From positions 6,304,001-6,368,000 of the forward strand of contig OY843751.1 of NCBI GenBank assembly GCA_963693055.1: 64,000 nt of DNA, given 5' to 3'. A program made the translations under genes and the position numbers. The stretch comes from a bacterium (lineage in GTDB: Bacteria; Zhuqueibacterota; Zhuqueibacteria; Residuimicrobiales; Krinioviventaceae). This document shows, in pieces, positions 20,215-29,484 of the stretch. Position 1 is the stretch's first letter. Each line of letters opens with the position of its first letter. Under the pieces are notes generated by a model, which saw nothing but the letters and a program-made list of their open reading frames with translations, did not search any database and had not been told where the DNA came from.

Positions 20215-21981
20215 TTGAAACGGATTAATGCTTTAGCCCTGATTATTATAGTAATGACGATGCCGTTGTATGCAGACGCGTCACTTTCCCTCAATGTTAC
20301 ATTTCCATCAAATCCCGATACGTTTTCGCTGGACAAGGTTAGGTTGTCTGGTAATACTCTGCCCGGTGCGCATGTGTTTGTGAATGACAAGCCAGTCAAG
20401 GTTTATCCTTATGGTGCTTTTGTCACCCGAGTTGAACTGGAGGATGGTGAAAATTTGATCCGTGTCCGTGCGAACAAGGGTGATCAGCAAACAGTACAGG
20501 AAATAGTTGTTTTACGTCCACCAAAACTGGTTGAAACAGATACGGTAGAAACCGTGATTGATACACTGTACCAGGTACCGGATAAAGATGTGATGGTACT
20601 GCCCGGAGATTATGTTTGTGTAAAATTTAAAGGAACACCTGACGGGGATGCCAGATTTTCAATTGAAAAGATAGCGGATCAAGTTCCCATGATAGAGCTG
20701 CCACCGGGAAAAGCATTTGGCATGCGGGGTATTTACAGCGGTATTGTGCAGGTGCATGAAGGTCCACGAAACCGTCCTCTTGATATTGAATGTGAACTGC
20801 GTGGTAAAGATGGCAAACGTAAAAAGATAAAACTTTCTGGTCAAGTATTTATCATGTCTGATGATGTTCCGGTAGTTGCCGAAACGAGAGAAGAAACCTG
20901 GCTGCTAAATACCGGGGATGGATTCATTCCCAAATCACTTATGCAGGAAGGGACGCTGCTACATATTGTAGGGAAAACCGGTGACCGTTTCAAGGTAAGG
21001 TTGGGGCACGGCAAATACGGATATGTAGATGACCAAAAAGTAACCTTGCTGTCATGGGGAACCGATATACCCAGGGCCAGAATTTCTGCACCTATACTAG
21101 CGTTTGATGAGCAGTATTTTAAGTTGCGTTTTCCCGCAAATGTACTGGTACCTGTCACCATTGCTTCTGATCCTGCAAGTAAAGATATTGTGCTGACCTG
21201 GTATGGAGCGCAGCAAGCCTCTCATTGGATTACATATCCTAATATTGATACGGGAATTGAAAATGTTGCATTTTCTTATCCCGAAGAAGGGGTCTTTCAG
21301 GCAAGTATAACAACGGAAAATAAAGATTATTGGGGCTATAGTGTATATTATGATGAATCCGGTTATCATGTGAAAATATTAAAAGCACCAGACATGGAGA
21401 ATGTTCAGGAAAGTTCATTTCTAAAGGGCTTGACCCTGGTTTTGGATCCTGGACATGGTGGTGAATTTGAAGGTGCTGTGGGCCCTATGGGTTTTTTGGA
21501 AAAAGAAGTGAATTTACTTTGGGCCCAGGTTTTAAAAGACAGTTTGGAAAAATATGGAGCAAAGGTTGTATTAACCCGTAACTCGGATGAAACCGTGTCA
21601 TTAAAAGAGCGTGTGGATATTGCCCGCAGGCAAAAAGCACAGTTGTTGCTTTCTTTGCATAATAATTCTACAACACCCGGAGGTAATGCCGAGAGTGCGC
21701 GTGGTACAAGTGTTTATTTTTACCATCCTCACAACAAGGACTTGGCCTGGGCAATCTATCCGCACCTGGTGGACTTGGGATTAGCGCCTTATGGTCGGAT
21801 ATATAACTCTTATTACATTACCCGGGTTACGGATATGCCGGTTTTGCTTATAGAAGGCGCATTTCTTTCTCATCCCGATGAAGAGCAAAAATTTGCTGAT
21901 CCCAAATTTTTGCATCAACTCTCGGGCGCCGTGATCAAAGGGTTACGTGATTTTCTAACCAAACCATCAGCAGGTCAATAA
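20215..21981 (+). CDS. N-acetylmuramoyl-L-alanine amidase (Amidase_3) with N-terminal accessory domains
   Basis: LDPGHGG, EKEVNL, LTR, SLHNN, LIEGAFLS. Confidence 0.88.
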   Translation: MKRINALALIIIVMTMPLYADASLSLNVTFPSNPDTFSLDKVRLSGNTLPGAHVFVNDKPVKVYPYGAFVTRVELEDGENLIRVRANKGDQQTVQEIVVLRPPKLVETDTVETVIDTLYQVPDKDVMVLPGDYVCVKFKGTPDGDARFSIEKIADQVPMIELPPGKAFGMRGIYSGIVQVHEGPRNRPLDIECELRGKDGKRKKIKLSGQVFIMSDDVPVVAETREETWLLNTGDGFIPKSLMQEGTLLHIVGKTGDRFKVRLGHGKYGYVDDQKVTLLSWGTDIPRARISAPILAFDEQYFKLRFPANVLVPVTIASDPASKDIVLTWYGAQQASHWITYPNIDTGIENVAFSYPEEGVFQASITTENKDYWGYSVYYDESGYHVKILKAPDMENVQESSFLKGLTLVLDPGHGGEFEGAVGPMGFLEKEVNLLWAQVLKDSLEKYGAKVVLTRNSDETVSLKERVDIARRQKAQLLLSLHNNSTTPGGNAESARGTSVYFYHPHNKDLAWAIYPHLVDLGLAPYGRIYNSYYITRVTDMPVLLIEGAFLSHPDEEQKFADPKFLHQLSGAVIKGLRDFLTKPSAGQ

Positions 21982-22727
21982 GCCGCTTCCTTTTGCATGA
22001 TTTCCTGCGTTTTCTGCATGCCCAGTTTTGTACTCAGCGCATTGATGATAATTCTGGCTGAGGTCTGGGGCGGCAGATTTTCTGCATTCAAAACCAGGTC
22101 ATAGGCAGCATGATCATTCGCGCTACGATGAAAATAGCGTTGAATGAAAGCAAAGCGGTTGCTGTCAACCAGTGAAACCGTTTTACGGGCTTCTTTGATA
22201 GACAAGCCTTTTTCGCGAGCGACGCGTTCAATCCTCCATTCCATTGGTGCGGTGATCAAGACACGCATTGCCAGTTTGGGTTCAACCATCAAATGGCTGC
22301 CACGGCCAATGATAATTGCCTGACCTTCCTGAGCAATGACGGTTATGACATCGTGAAGAAGTTTAAAGTATTTGTCCATAGCAATGGATTGTTTACTTAG
22401 CATTGTGTGGACAAAATTTTGGGTTTCACTCTGTCTGCGTTCGTCAAGATCTTCAATGACGCGGTTGCGCACCTGGCCGGTCTGTGCAATGTACTCTACA
22501 AGTTCTTTGTCGTAAACCTGCCAGTTCAGGATTTGCGAAATTTCATGTGCAACTGCATCACCGCCTGCACCATGTGTTCTTGAAATGGTGATTACGGATT
22601 TTTGAAAGAGGCTGTCTTGGGGATGATGGATTTGGTGTTTTTTGATTTGTTGCTTGATCTCCCAAATGGCGACCTGGCTTTTAACCAATCGGTCCCAATT
22701 GAGTTGTTCGTTTTGTCTTGTTGTCAT
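21975..22727 (-). CDS. Cytidylate kinase-like family protein
   Basis: VITISRTHGAGG, IIGRG, YDLVLN. Confidence 0.8.
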   Translation of the reverse strand: MTTRQNEQLNWDRLVKSQVAIWEIKQQIKKHQIHHPQDSLFQKSVITISRTHGAGGDAVAHEISQILNWQVYDKELVEYIAQTGQVRNRVIEDLDERRQSETQNFVHTMLSKQSIAMDKYFKLLHDVITVIAQEGQAIIIGRGSHLMVEPKLAMRVLITAPMEWRIERVAREKGLSIKEARKTVSLVDSNRFAFIQRYFHRSANDHAAYDLVLNAENLPPQTSARIIINALSTKLGMQKTQEIMQKEAAY

Positions 22728-22864
22728 GGCAACCTCCGTTTTTTTTGTGGTTATGCCATGTCATACTACCAGAATAGAAGGGAATGTCAAAGGTCTCTAC
22801 TTAAAAATACATAAACTGTAGCGTCATGTCAATAGATTTTTGTGTTTTGGGAGAAAAATATTTT

Positions 22865-23443
22865 TTAAAGAGATAATATGCTGTTTATGTAGGTTTCCAG
22901 TAAGCGGATTTTGTCCAGACCGGACAAGTAACCAGCATATTGGCCTTGTTTGTTGAGAATTACAAATGTGGGATAATGGTGCACATTGAACGCCTGACGA
23001 ATTCGATTGTCCCGGTCAAAGACTACAGGGGTATCTATTTTGTATTTTTTAATGGCGTCTTGTATATTGTTTCGATCAAGATTGTTGTAAAAATTTGGGG
23101 ATTGTACATCAATAAACTTGACCTGGTCGCGATATTTTGCCTTGATTGCTTTTAACTGTTTGTGTTGTTCCATGGCTTTTGTGCTGCCAAAGGTCCAGAA
23201 ATTAATTATAACAATCTGACCTTTCAGGTCAGACAATTCAATTCGTTCTTTGGTATTGAACCAGTCCAGATGTTCCGGAAACTCGGGGGCTTGAATATTA
23301 TAGCTGCTGATTTGTCTTATTTCGTTGCGGATTTCATCGGGAGTAAAATAGACCTCACTACTCTGGTTTGCATTGGTACCGTCAATGTAAAACAGTGGAA
23401 AAGAGATACACAAAAATGAGAGTAATGTAACAAGTCTTTTCAT
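22865..23443 (-). CDS. Exported redoxin/thioredoxin-fold protein lacking CxxC
   Basis: APEFP..LDWFNT..LSDLKG.IVIINFWT, cis-Pro YPTF; active-site position reads FGSTKA. Confidence 0.75.
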   Translation of the reverse strand: MKRLVTLLSFLCISFPLFYIDGTNANQSSEVYFTPDEIRNEIRQISSYNIQAPEFPEHLDWFNTKERIELSDLKGQIVIINFWTFGSTKAMEQHKQLKAIKAKYRDQVKFIDVQSPNFYNNLDRNNIQDAIKKYKIDTPVVFDRDNRIRQAFNVHHYPTFVILNKQGQYAGYLSGLDKIRLLETYINSILSL

Positions 23444-23519
23444 AATCTAACCATAAACGAATTCTGAATTCGATAACAGATATTTATAGTATAATAGTTA
23501 TTTTTTTAAATATCAAGAT

Positions 23520-23942
23520 TTAATCTTTATAGATAGTGATCTTGATTCTTGCTGACGTACTGACCAGAAAGGGAATATTTACCCCGGATTCGATATAAAA
23601 TGGATCGGGGTAAGCATCTTCCAATACAAAACTGTTCCAGTAGCCCGGTTCCCAGTGCTCTTCATTGTTGGATTCGGTTTTTCCACCTATTTCGGCAGTC
23701 ATATAATTGATCTGATCGTAATTTTTTGTTTCCATTGCGTATAGGTATTTGCCGGGTTCTACATATTTACCATTGTCGTCTTTGCCATCCCAAAAGTAGA
23801 CATACCTGCCAGATTCTGTAAAAGTTTGATCAACCAGCAGTCTTATTTTTTCTTTTTGGGTCTCACCTTCTTCAAGTGGATTGCTGCAAAAAACAAGACT
23901 GCCTGCTATTGTCAATAATATAAAAGTATATATTCTATTCAT
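23520..23942 (-). CDS. Lipoprotein with circularly permuted FlgD/T9SS-CTD-like Ig domain
   Basis: Lipobox LVFC; WDGKDDNGKYVEPGKYLY precedes FVLEDAYPDPF...IKITIY. Confidence 0.7.
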   Translation of the reverse strand: MNRIYTFILLTIAGSLVFCSNPLEEGETQKEKIRLLVDQTFTESGRYVYFWDGKDDNGKYVEPGKYLYAMETKNYDQINYMTAEIGGKTESNNEEHWEPGYWNSFVLEDAYPDPFYIESGVNIPFLVSTSARIKITIYKD

Positions 23943-23950
23943 AACACTGT

Positions 23951-23979
23951 TTTAACGAATATGATTTGTCAACGTTCCC
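23951..23979 (-). promoter_or_regulatory. Putative ECF-sigma promoter
   Basis: Minus strand GGGAAC-N16-CGTTAAA just upstream of ATG 23942. Confidence 0.5.
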
Positions 23980-23985
23980 AAAAAA

Positions 23986-24951
23986 TTAATATATCAGACC
24001 GGTTTTTTCTTTTGCCGGTTCAAGAAATGTTTTGGCAACTGCACGTGCTTTTTCTGCCCCCATTTTCATGATATCATAAACATCATCTTTGTGGTTCATA
24101 TAATGTTCACGTTTTTCACGATAGGGTTCAAAATATGCCCAAATGGTTTCGAGCAGTTCTTTTTTTACATCGCCATATCGCATACCCGGTGTTATGTAGC
24201 GTTGTTTCAACTCTTCCTGACCGGCTTTATCCAGAAATAGAGAATAGATAGCATACAGGTTACAAGTTTTGGGATCTTTGGGTTCTTCGATTGGGGTAGA
24301 GTCGGTTACAATAGACATTACCTTTTTCTTTAAGGGCTTGTAATCCGCAAAGATTTCTATTGTATTGTCATAAGATTTTGACATTTTTTGTCCATCCAGG
24401 CCAGGTACGGTAGCCACATCGGTGGGGATTTCTGGTTCAGGAATGACAAAAGTTTCGCCATACATTTGGTTGAATTTAATAGCAATGTCACGGGTCATTT
24501 CAACATGCTGCTTTTGGTCTTTACCCACGGGGATCTTGTTAGCGCCATAAAGTAGAATGTCTGCTGCCATTAAAACCGGATAAGCAAACAGTCCATGATT
24601 GGCGGCAATGCCTTTGGCTTTTTTGTCTTTGAACGAGTGTCCGCGTTCCAACAAACCCATGGGTGTAATGTTGGAGAGGATCCATGTCAACTCTGTAACT
24701 TCGGGAACATCAGATTGTACATAAAAATATGATTTTTCGGGATCAATGCCCAAGGCCAAAAAGTCACAAATGGCTTCAAACGTATGTTTGCGTAAACGTT
24801 CACCGTCAGTAACGGTGGTGAGTGCGTGATAATTTACAATAAAACAAAACAGTTCATGATTTTCCTGGTAATCGATCATTCGTTTCATCATTGCAAAATA
24901 ATTGCCCAGGTGAAGGCTGCCAGAGGGCTGAATGCCGGAAAGAATTCGCAT
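23986..24951 (-). CDS. trpS: Tryptophan--tRNA ligase
   Basis: SGIQPSGSLHLGNY, YPVLMAADIL, PVGKDQKQH, KMSKS. Confidence 0.97.
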   Translation of the reverse strand: MRILSGIQPSGSLHLGNYFAMMKRMIDYQENHELFCFIVNYHALTTVTDGERLRKHTFEAICDFLALGIDPEKSYFYVQSDVPEVTELTWILSNITPMGLLERGHSFKDKKAKGIAANHGLFAYPVLMAADILLYGANKIPVGKDQKQHVEMTRDIAIKFNQMYGETFVIPEPEIPTDVATVPGLDGQKMSKSYDNTIEIFADYKPLKKKVMSIVTDSTPIEEPKDPKTCNLYAIYSLFLDKAGQEELKQRYITPGMRYGDVKKELLETIWAYFEPYREKREHYMNHKDDVYDIMKMGAEKARAVAKTFLEPAKEKTGLIY

Positions 24952-25191
24952 GTTACATCCTTTCTATAGTAATTCTCTATATTCAAATTTCAGACTGTAC
25001 TGTCACACATAAAGAAATAAATTACAAAAACTTGGTCGATTAATCAAGTTTAATCTCTATTCAAATAAAAAGCACAATAATGCGAGTTTTTAACAGTTTG
25101 TTGAAAAAGATTGGGATTTGCTTGCTTTTTCAAGGGCAAATTTGTAATTTCGGCGCGTAAAGCATTCATTTTTTTTGAATCAGGAGGTTTA

Positions 25192-26394
25192 ATGACGACA
25201 CAAGAGTATATCCGGATTGAGGACCAGTACGGAGCTCACAATTACCATCCATTGGATGTTGTGTTGACTCGAGGGGAAGGCGTTTGGGTTTATGATGTTG
25301 AAGGTAAAAAGTACATGGATTTCTTGAGCGCTTATTCAGCGGTGAACCAGGGACATTGTCATCCCCGGTTGGTGAAAACCATGAAAGATCAATGCGACAA
25401 GATCACCCTTACATCGCGGGCGTTTCGTAATGATCAGTTACCCCTGTTGTGCAAAGAGCTTTGCGAATTGACAGGTTTTGACAGGGTGTTACCCATGAAC
25501 AGCGGTGCTGAAGCGGTTGAAACAGCAATTAAAGCTGCCAGAAAATGGGGTTATACCGTTAAAGGGGTTGCCAAAGACAAGGCAGAGATTGTTGTGTTTG
25601 GTAACAATTTTCATGGCCGTACTACAACCATTGTGGGATTTTCTTCCGAAGAGCAATATAAGGAAGGTTTTGGTCCCTTTACCCCGGGATTTGTATTGGT
25701 ACCCTATGGTGATGTTGATGCGTTAAAAGCAGCAGTGACAGAAAATACAGTAGCTGTTATGATAGAGCCTGTTCAAGGTGAAGGCGGTATTTTAATACCT
25801 AAAGATGGAACCCTTGAACAGATTCAGGCGCTCTGTAAAGAAAAGAACATGCTTTTCATTTTAGACGAGATTCAGTCCGGTTTGGGACGAAGCGGCAAAC
25901 TGTTTGCCTATCAGTATGAAAATGTGGATCCGGATGTGGTAATCATTGGTAAGGCGTTGAGTGGTGGATTTTATCCTGTATCTGCAGTACTGGCCAGCGA
26001 TGAAGTATTGGGAGTTTTCAAACCCGGAGATCATGGCAGTACATTTGGCGGCAATCCTTTGGCGTGTGCAATAGCGCGCGAGTCGTTAAATATTCTGGTT
26101 GAGGAAAAACTCCCTGAACGATCAGCCGAATTGGGTGAATTTTTTAAATCAAAATTGCAAACATTGGATTCAAAGCACATCAAAGAGATCCGTGGACGCG
26201 GGCTGTTTATTGGCATCGAGTTGCATCCCGAGGCTGGTGGCGCACGCAGGTTTTGTGAACAGCTTGAAAAAGATGGCCTTTTGTGCAAAGAGACACACGA
26301 GAATGTCATCCGGTTTGCACCTCCGCTGGTGATCAGCAAAGAAGATCTAAATTGGGCCTTTGAGAAAGTGAAAAAGGTGCTTGAAACAGAATAA
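25192..26394 (+). CDS. rocD: Ornithine--oxo-acid aminotransferase
   Basis: GAHNYHPL, SAYSAVNQGHCHP, DEIQSGLGRSG, GKALSGG; ATG after AGGAGG. Confidence 0.95.
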   Translation: MTTQEYIRIEDQYGAHNYHPLDVVLTRGEGVWVYDVEGKKYMDFLSAYSAVNQGHCHPRLVKTMKDQCDKITLTSRAFRNDQLPLLCKELCELTGFDRVLPMNSGAEAVETAIKAARKWGYTVKGVAKDKAEIVVFGNNFHGRTTTIVGFSSEEQYKEGFGPFTPGFVLVPYGDVDALKAAVTENTVAVMIEPVQGEGGILIPKDGTLEQIQALCKEKNMLFILDEIQSGLGRSGKLFAYQYENVDPDVVIIGKALSGGFYPVSAVLASDEVLGVFKPGDHGSTFGGNPLACAIARESLNILVEEKLPERSAELGEFFKSKLQTLDSKHIKEIRGRGLFIGIELHPEAGGARRFCEQLEKDGLLCKETHENVIRFAPPLVISKEDLNWAFEKVKKVLETE

Positions 26395-26465
26395 ATTGGT
26401 GATCTAAAGTGTTGATAAAAAAAGCAGATTTTAAGAATAAGGAATATAATAAACAGGAGCCACCT

Positions 26466-26873
26466 ATGAAACGCATGATGTTTGTTAGTATATTGGTATT
26501 GTTGACCGCGCTTTCGGCTTTTGCGAAACAGCCAACAGTTGTAGACGCAAAGATTGATCCTGCAGTAGCCGCACCGGGTGCCAAAGTTGTTATTACCGTC
26601 GAGTTTACCGGAAAAACAGCGGATGTTAAATCAGTTGAAGTATTGGTTAAAGAATATCCCTATGATGCACCGGAAATGATCTTGCAGCCCAAAGAAGGCA
26701 GTGAGAAAAATGTATGGGAACTGGTAGGTCAGGTACCTTATGAAGCACCTTTTGAAAAATTAACCCTGGAAGTAAAAGCATTGGATAAAGACGGCGAACA
26801 AATTGTTACTGAAGCATGCAAAGACCAGTACTGGGGTAAAGCCGCAAAGCTGATGTTTGAAATCAAACAATAA
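26466..26873 (+). CDS. Hypothetical secreted beta-rich protein
   Basis: AGGAG RBS; signal peptide ending ALSAFA. Confidence 0.7.
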   Translation: MKRMMFVSILVLLTALSAFAKQPTVVDAKIDPAVAAPGAKVVITVEFTGKTADVKSVEVLVKEYPYDAPEMILQPKEGSEKNVWELVGQVPYEAPFEKLTLEVKALDKDGEQIVTEACKDQYWGKAAKLMFEIKQ

Positions 26874-26895
26874 TCTGAAAAAAGTTGAAGAATTT

Positions 26896-26931
26896 AAATC
26901 CCCGGTAACCATGGGCTGCCGGGGATTTTTT
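26896..26931. terminator. Terminator between convergent genes (probably bidirectional)
   Basis: AAATCCCCGG/CCGGGGATTT stem, T-run on + strand. Confidence 0.8.
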
Positions 26932-27619
26932 AATTTTCAGACATATTTTCTCCATAAACCAACGATACCCGTTCTATGCCTTCATGCATTGCAAGTTCTT
27001 GCACCAGTTCCTGGTGGGTTTTATCTTTTTTAAAGCGCACATTGAATGTAAGCTCGAGGAATTCACCCAAACGCGCGGAGCGGATATTGACGAGGGAATG
27101 AACGGACAAGTATTTTTTAAATATTTCGAGATAGGCGGGTTTTTCATTATGTTCCGGCATGACCCAGAAGCGCAGCATCATTTCTTCATGAAATGTGGCG
27201 CCGTATTTGGTGAAATGTAAAATAATCACAACCAAAGCGATTATAACACAACCGATAATCCCGATAATGTGATTACCGGCACCTGCTGCCATACCTGCGG
27301 CCAGCGAGAAAAAGACAAACGCAATATCGAGCGAATCCTTAACTGCAGTTCTAAAGCGGATGATGGACATGGCGCCCACCAACCCAAAAGCCCTCGCCAG
27401 ATTATTACCAATGACCATGATAACAATTGTTGTAACCATCGTAATAATGATCAGTGTGTTTACAAATGAAACAGAATAGGCATATCCCTTGTAGGTCAGT
27501 TTATATACCAAGGTAATCAATAAACCCAAACATAAAGAAAGCAAAATATTGAAAAACACATCAAAAATAGTTATGGTTGCGCTGTTTGCCAGCAAACTTT
27601 CAAAAATGAGATCCTGCAT
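26930..27619 (-). CDS. DUF4956 membrane protein
   Basis: VIGNNLARAFGLVGAMSIIRFRTAVKD; several TM helices and an ACT-like C-terminus. Confidence 0.9.
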   Translation of the reverse strand: MQDLIFESLLANSATITIFDVFFNILLSLCLGLLITLVYKLTYKGYAYSVSFVNTLIIITMVTTIVIMVIGNNLARAFGLVGAMSIIRFRTAVKDSLDIAFVFFSLAAGMAAGAGNHIIGIIGCVIIALVVIILHFTKYGATFHEEMMLRFWVMPEHNEKPAYLEIFKKYLSVHSLVNIRSARLGEFLELTFNVRFKKDKTHQELVQELAMHEGIERVSLVYGENMSEN

Positions 27620-28367
27620 CCGTTAATCCTTTATTTCCGTTAAAATTTCCATCTATTCCCAGGCAGTATTTCGAAATCGATTCCGGTCGTATTTTAACTT
27701 TTTGTACCAGCCTTCGCATCCATTTGGGCATAAACTCGTCAAATTTCAGTTCAAGAATACATTGGGTTTCGGTAACCGGGGCAAGTGTTTCGTTTGTATA
27801 TATTTCATTGTGAGAGGGAGCATATTTCATTCTAACATTATAGTCTATGGTTAATCTGGCCCTGTCGTCAATCTGGTCCATGAATGCATCTCTGTCATAG
27901 AGTATCAGCAGGGTTGGTTCAAGGTTTAGTGTTGTCATATTATAAACAAAACGATGTAATGATCTATATTTTCCGTTCGAGCTCTTGAAACGGTTTACAT
28001 ATTCAACCGGTGTTTTCATCAATTCATCAATGTTTGTGATGGGTATTTTGGTCCTTTCTTTGACAACACAATTGTTGTATCTGCGTTTAATCTCTAAAAA
28101 TCCTATATTGTCCGGGTGAAAATCATTATATGTTCTTACGCGTAATTTTTTCCTTACTTTGAGCCCGTCTACTTTTTCATAATAAAAGTCGAGATCGGGG
28201 GTGTCGTAATAGAGACTGCGTACCAAATAGCGGTTGTTTTCCACTTTTTCCGCATAGGGGTCAAGTTTTACAAAAGGTCCAATCAAGTTTTTAATATGAT
28301 CTGCCATTTCAACGGGAACATAATACTTGATTTCGTAACGGGATATGTGATGTTTGGAGCTTGTCAT
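27600..28367 (-). CDS. VTC-domain (polyphosphate polymerase/CYTH-like) protein
   Basis: RYEIKY, VRSLYYDT, RKKLRVRTY, FLEIK, RLTID, ILELKF, SKYCLG. Confidence 0.9.
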   Translation of the reverse strand: MTSSKHHISRYEIKYYVPVEMADHIKNLIGPFVKLDPYAEKVENNRYLVRSLYYDTPDLDFYYEKVDGLKVRKKLRVRTYNDFHPDNIGFLEIKRRYNNCVVKERTKIPITNIDELMKTPVEYVNRFKSSNGKYRSLHRFVYNMTTLNLEPTLLILYDRDAFMDQIDDRARLTIDYNVRMKYAPSHNEIYTNETLAPVTETQCILELKFDEFMPKWMRRLVQKVKIRPESISKYCLGIDGNFNGNKGLTDAGSHF

Positions 28368-28388
28368 TGAATTATTCCATGTTGTGAA

Positions 28389-29480
28389 TTACATAGATAG
28401 TTTTCGTACTTTATAGTTATTCCACTGTTCAAGGAACCGTTTGTACAGAGGAACCGGTCCGAAATTGATTTTAGCGATTCCCGTAGAACCGGTTTTGATT
28501 TTGTTTTCGGGATTGGCAATACTGCATAACAAGTAGAATATGGACTGCCCATTCATAAAATGCGCCTGATTCCCGATTTCGAGTATTTGACATTCTCTTG
28601 ATTCATAATTGTTAAATGGTAAAGCGATCTTTATTTTTTGATCTGTCTTTACCCGGCCTATTAATGATTCAGAAACGGGTATTTTTACAATCAGGGTGTC
28701 GGTTTTGTTTACCTGGCATACCAGGCCGGCTTTGTTGCCGTCACTGACAATACCGGATACCGGGGAGGTGATTTGCTTTGCATGGTTTTTCATTTCAAGG
28801 ATTGAATACTGTTTTTCAAATCCTTCCAATTCGGTTTGGATATATTGAATATATTCAGGCTTTTCACCTGATTGGGTGGCTTTGAGTTTTGCCGTTTGTA
28901 ATTCTACATTTATCTGTAAAAGTTTGAAAGTGGCTTCTGCCAGTTCAAGTTCTTCAATGCTGACCAGGTTGGAATTGTACATTTCTTTTTTTCGCTCAAG
29001 CTGGGGCTTGTACGCTTTAATCTGGGCTTTTGCGTATTCAAGAGCTTGCTCTGCCTCTTGCTGCAACTCAATTTTTTCACCAACTTTTAACATTTGTAAT
29101 TCAGCGCGGGTTTGTTCAAGCTCGGCTTTAATTGATTCAATGCGATATTCGTCTTCTTTTGAATGTATTTGAGCAATTACTTGTCCTGCACGGATGGGGG
29201 TACCAAATGTTATGTCGGGTAAAAGTTTAAAATGTACCAGGTCTGGTCTGCTAAAGTGAAAGCATGAAAATTGGTCAACCAGATTTTTATCATTTCTTGT
29301 TAATTCCATATATAATTTTTCAGGATCATCCATATGAACCGACCACTCTGCCTGCGCTAAAAAAAGACAGGGGAAAATATGGGTTTTATTTGTTTTTATA
29401 AATGCTGACATGATGATTAAAAATATGACGACCAGCGATATCAGATACAAGATTGTTTTGTTTTTCAATTTTATCACCAT
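28389..29480 (-). CDS. HlyD/MFP-like periplasmic adaptor
   Basis: N-terminal TM, IRAGQVIAQI and ITSPVSGIV lipoyl halves around a long coiled coil, IKTGSTG. Confidence 0.75.
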   Translation of the reverse strand: MVIKLKNKTILYLISLVVIFLIIMSAFIKTNKTHIFPCLFLAQAEWSVHMDDPEKLYMELTRNDKNLVDQFSCFHFSRPDLVHFKLLPDITFGTPIRAGQVIAQIHSKEDEYRIESIKAELEQTRAELQMLKVGEKIELQQEAEQALEYAKAQIKAYKPQLERKKEMYNSNLVSIEELELAEATFKLLQINVELQTAKLKATQSGEKPEYIQYIQTELEGFEKQYSILEMKNHAKQITSPVSGIVSDGNKAGLVCQVNKTDTLIVKIPVSESLIGRVKTDQKIKIALPFNNYESRECQILEIGNQAHFMNGQSIFYLLCSIANPENKIKTGSTGIAKINFGPVPLYKRFLEQWNNYKVRKLSM

Positions 29481-29484
29481 TCTA

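Noticed and set aside
24952-25191. Possible T-box or attenuator for trpS, and the long N-terminal extension of rocD
   Set aside because: No T-box motif seen; the true rocD start is 25192 after AGGAGG
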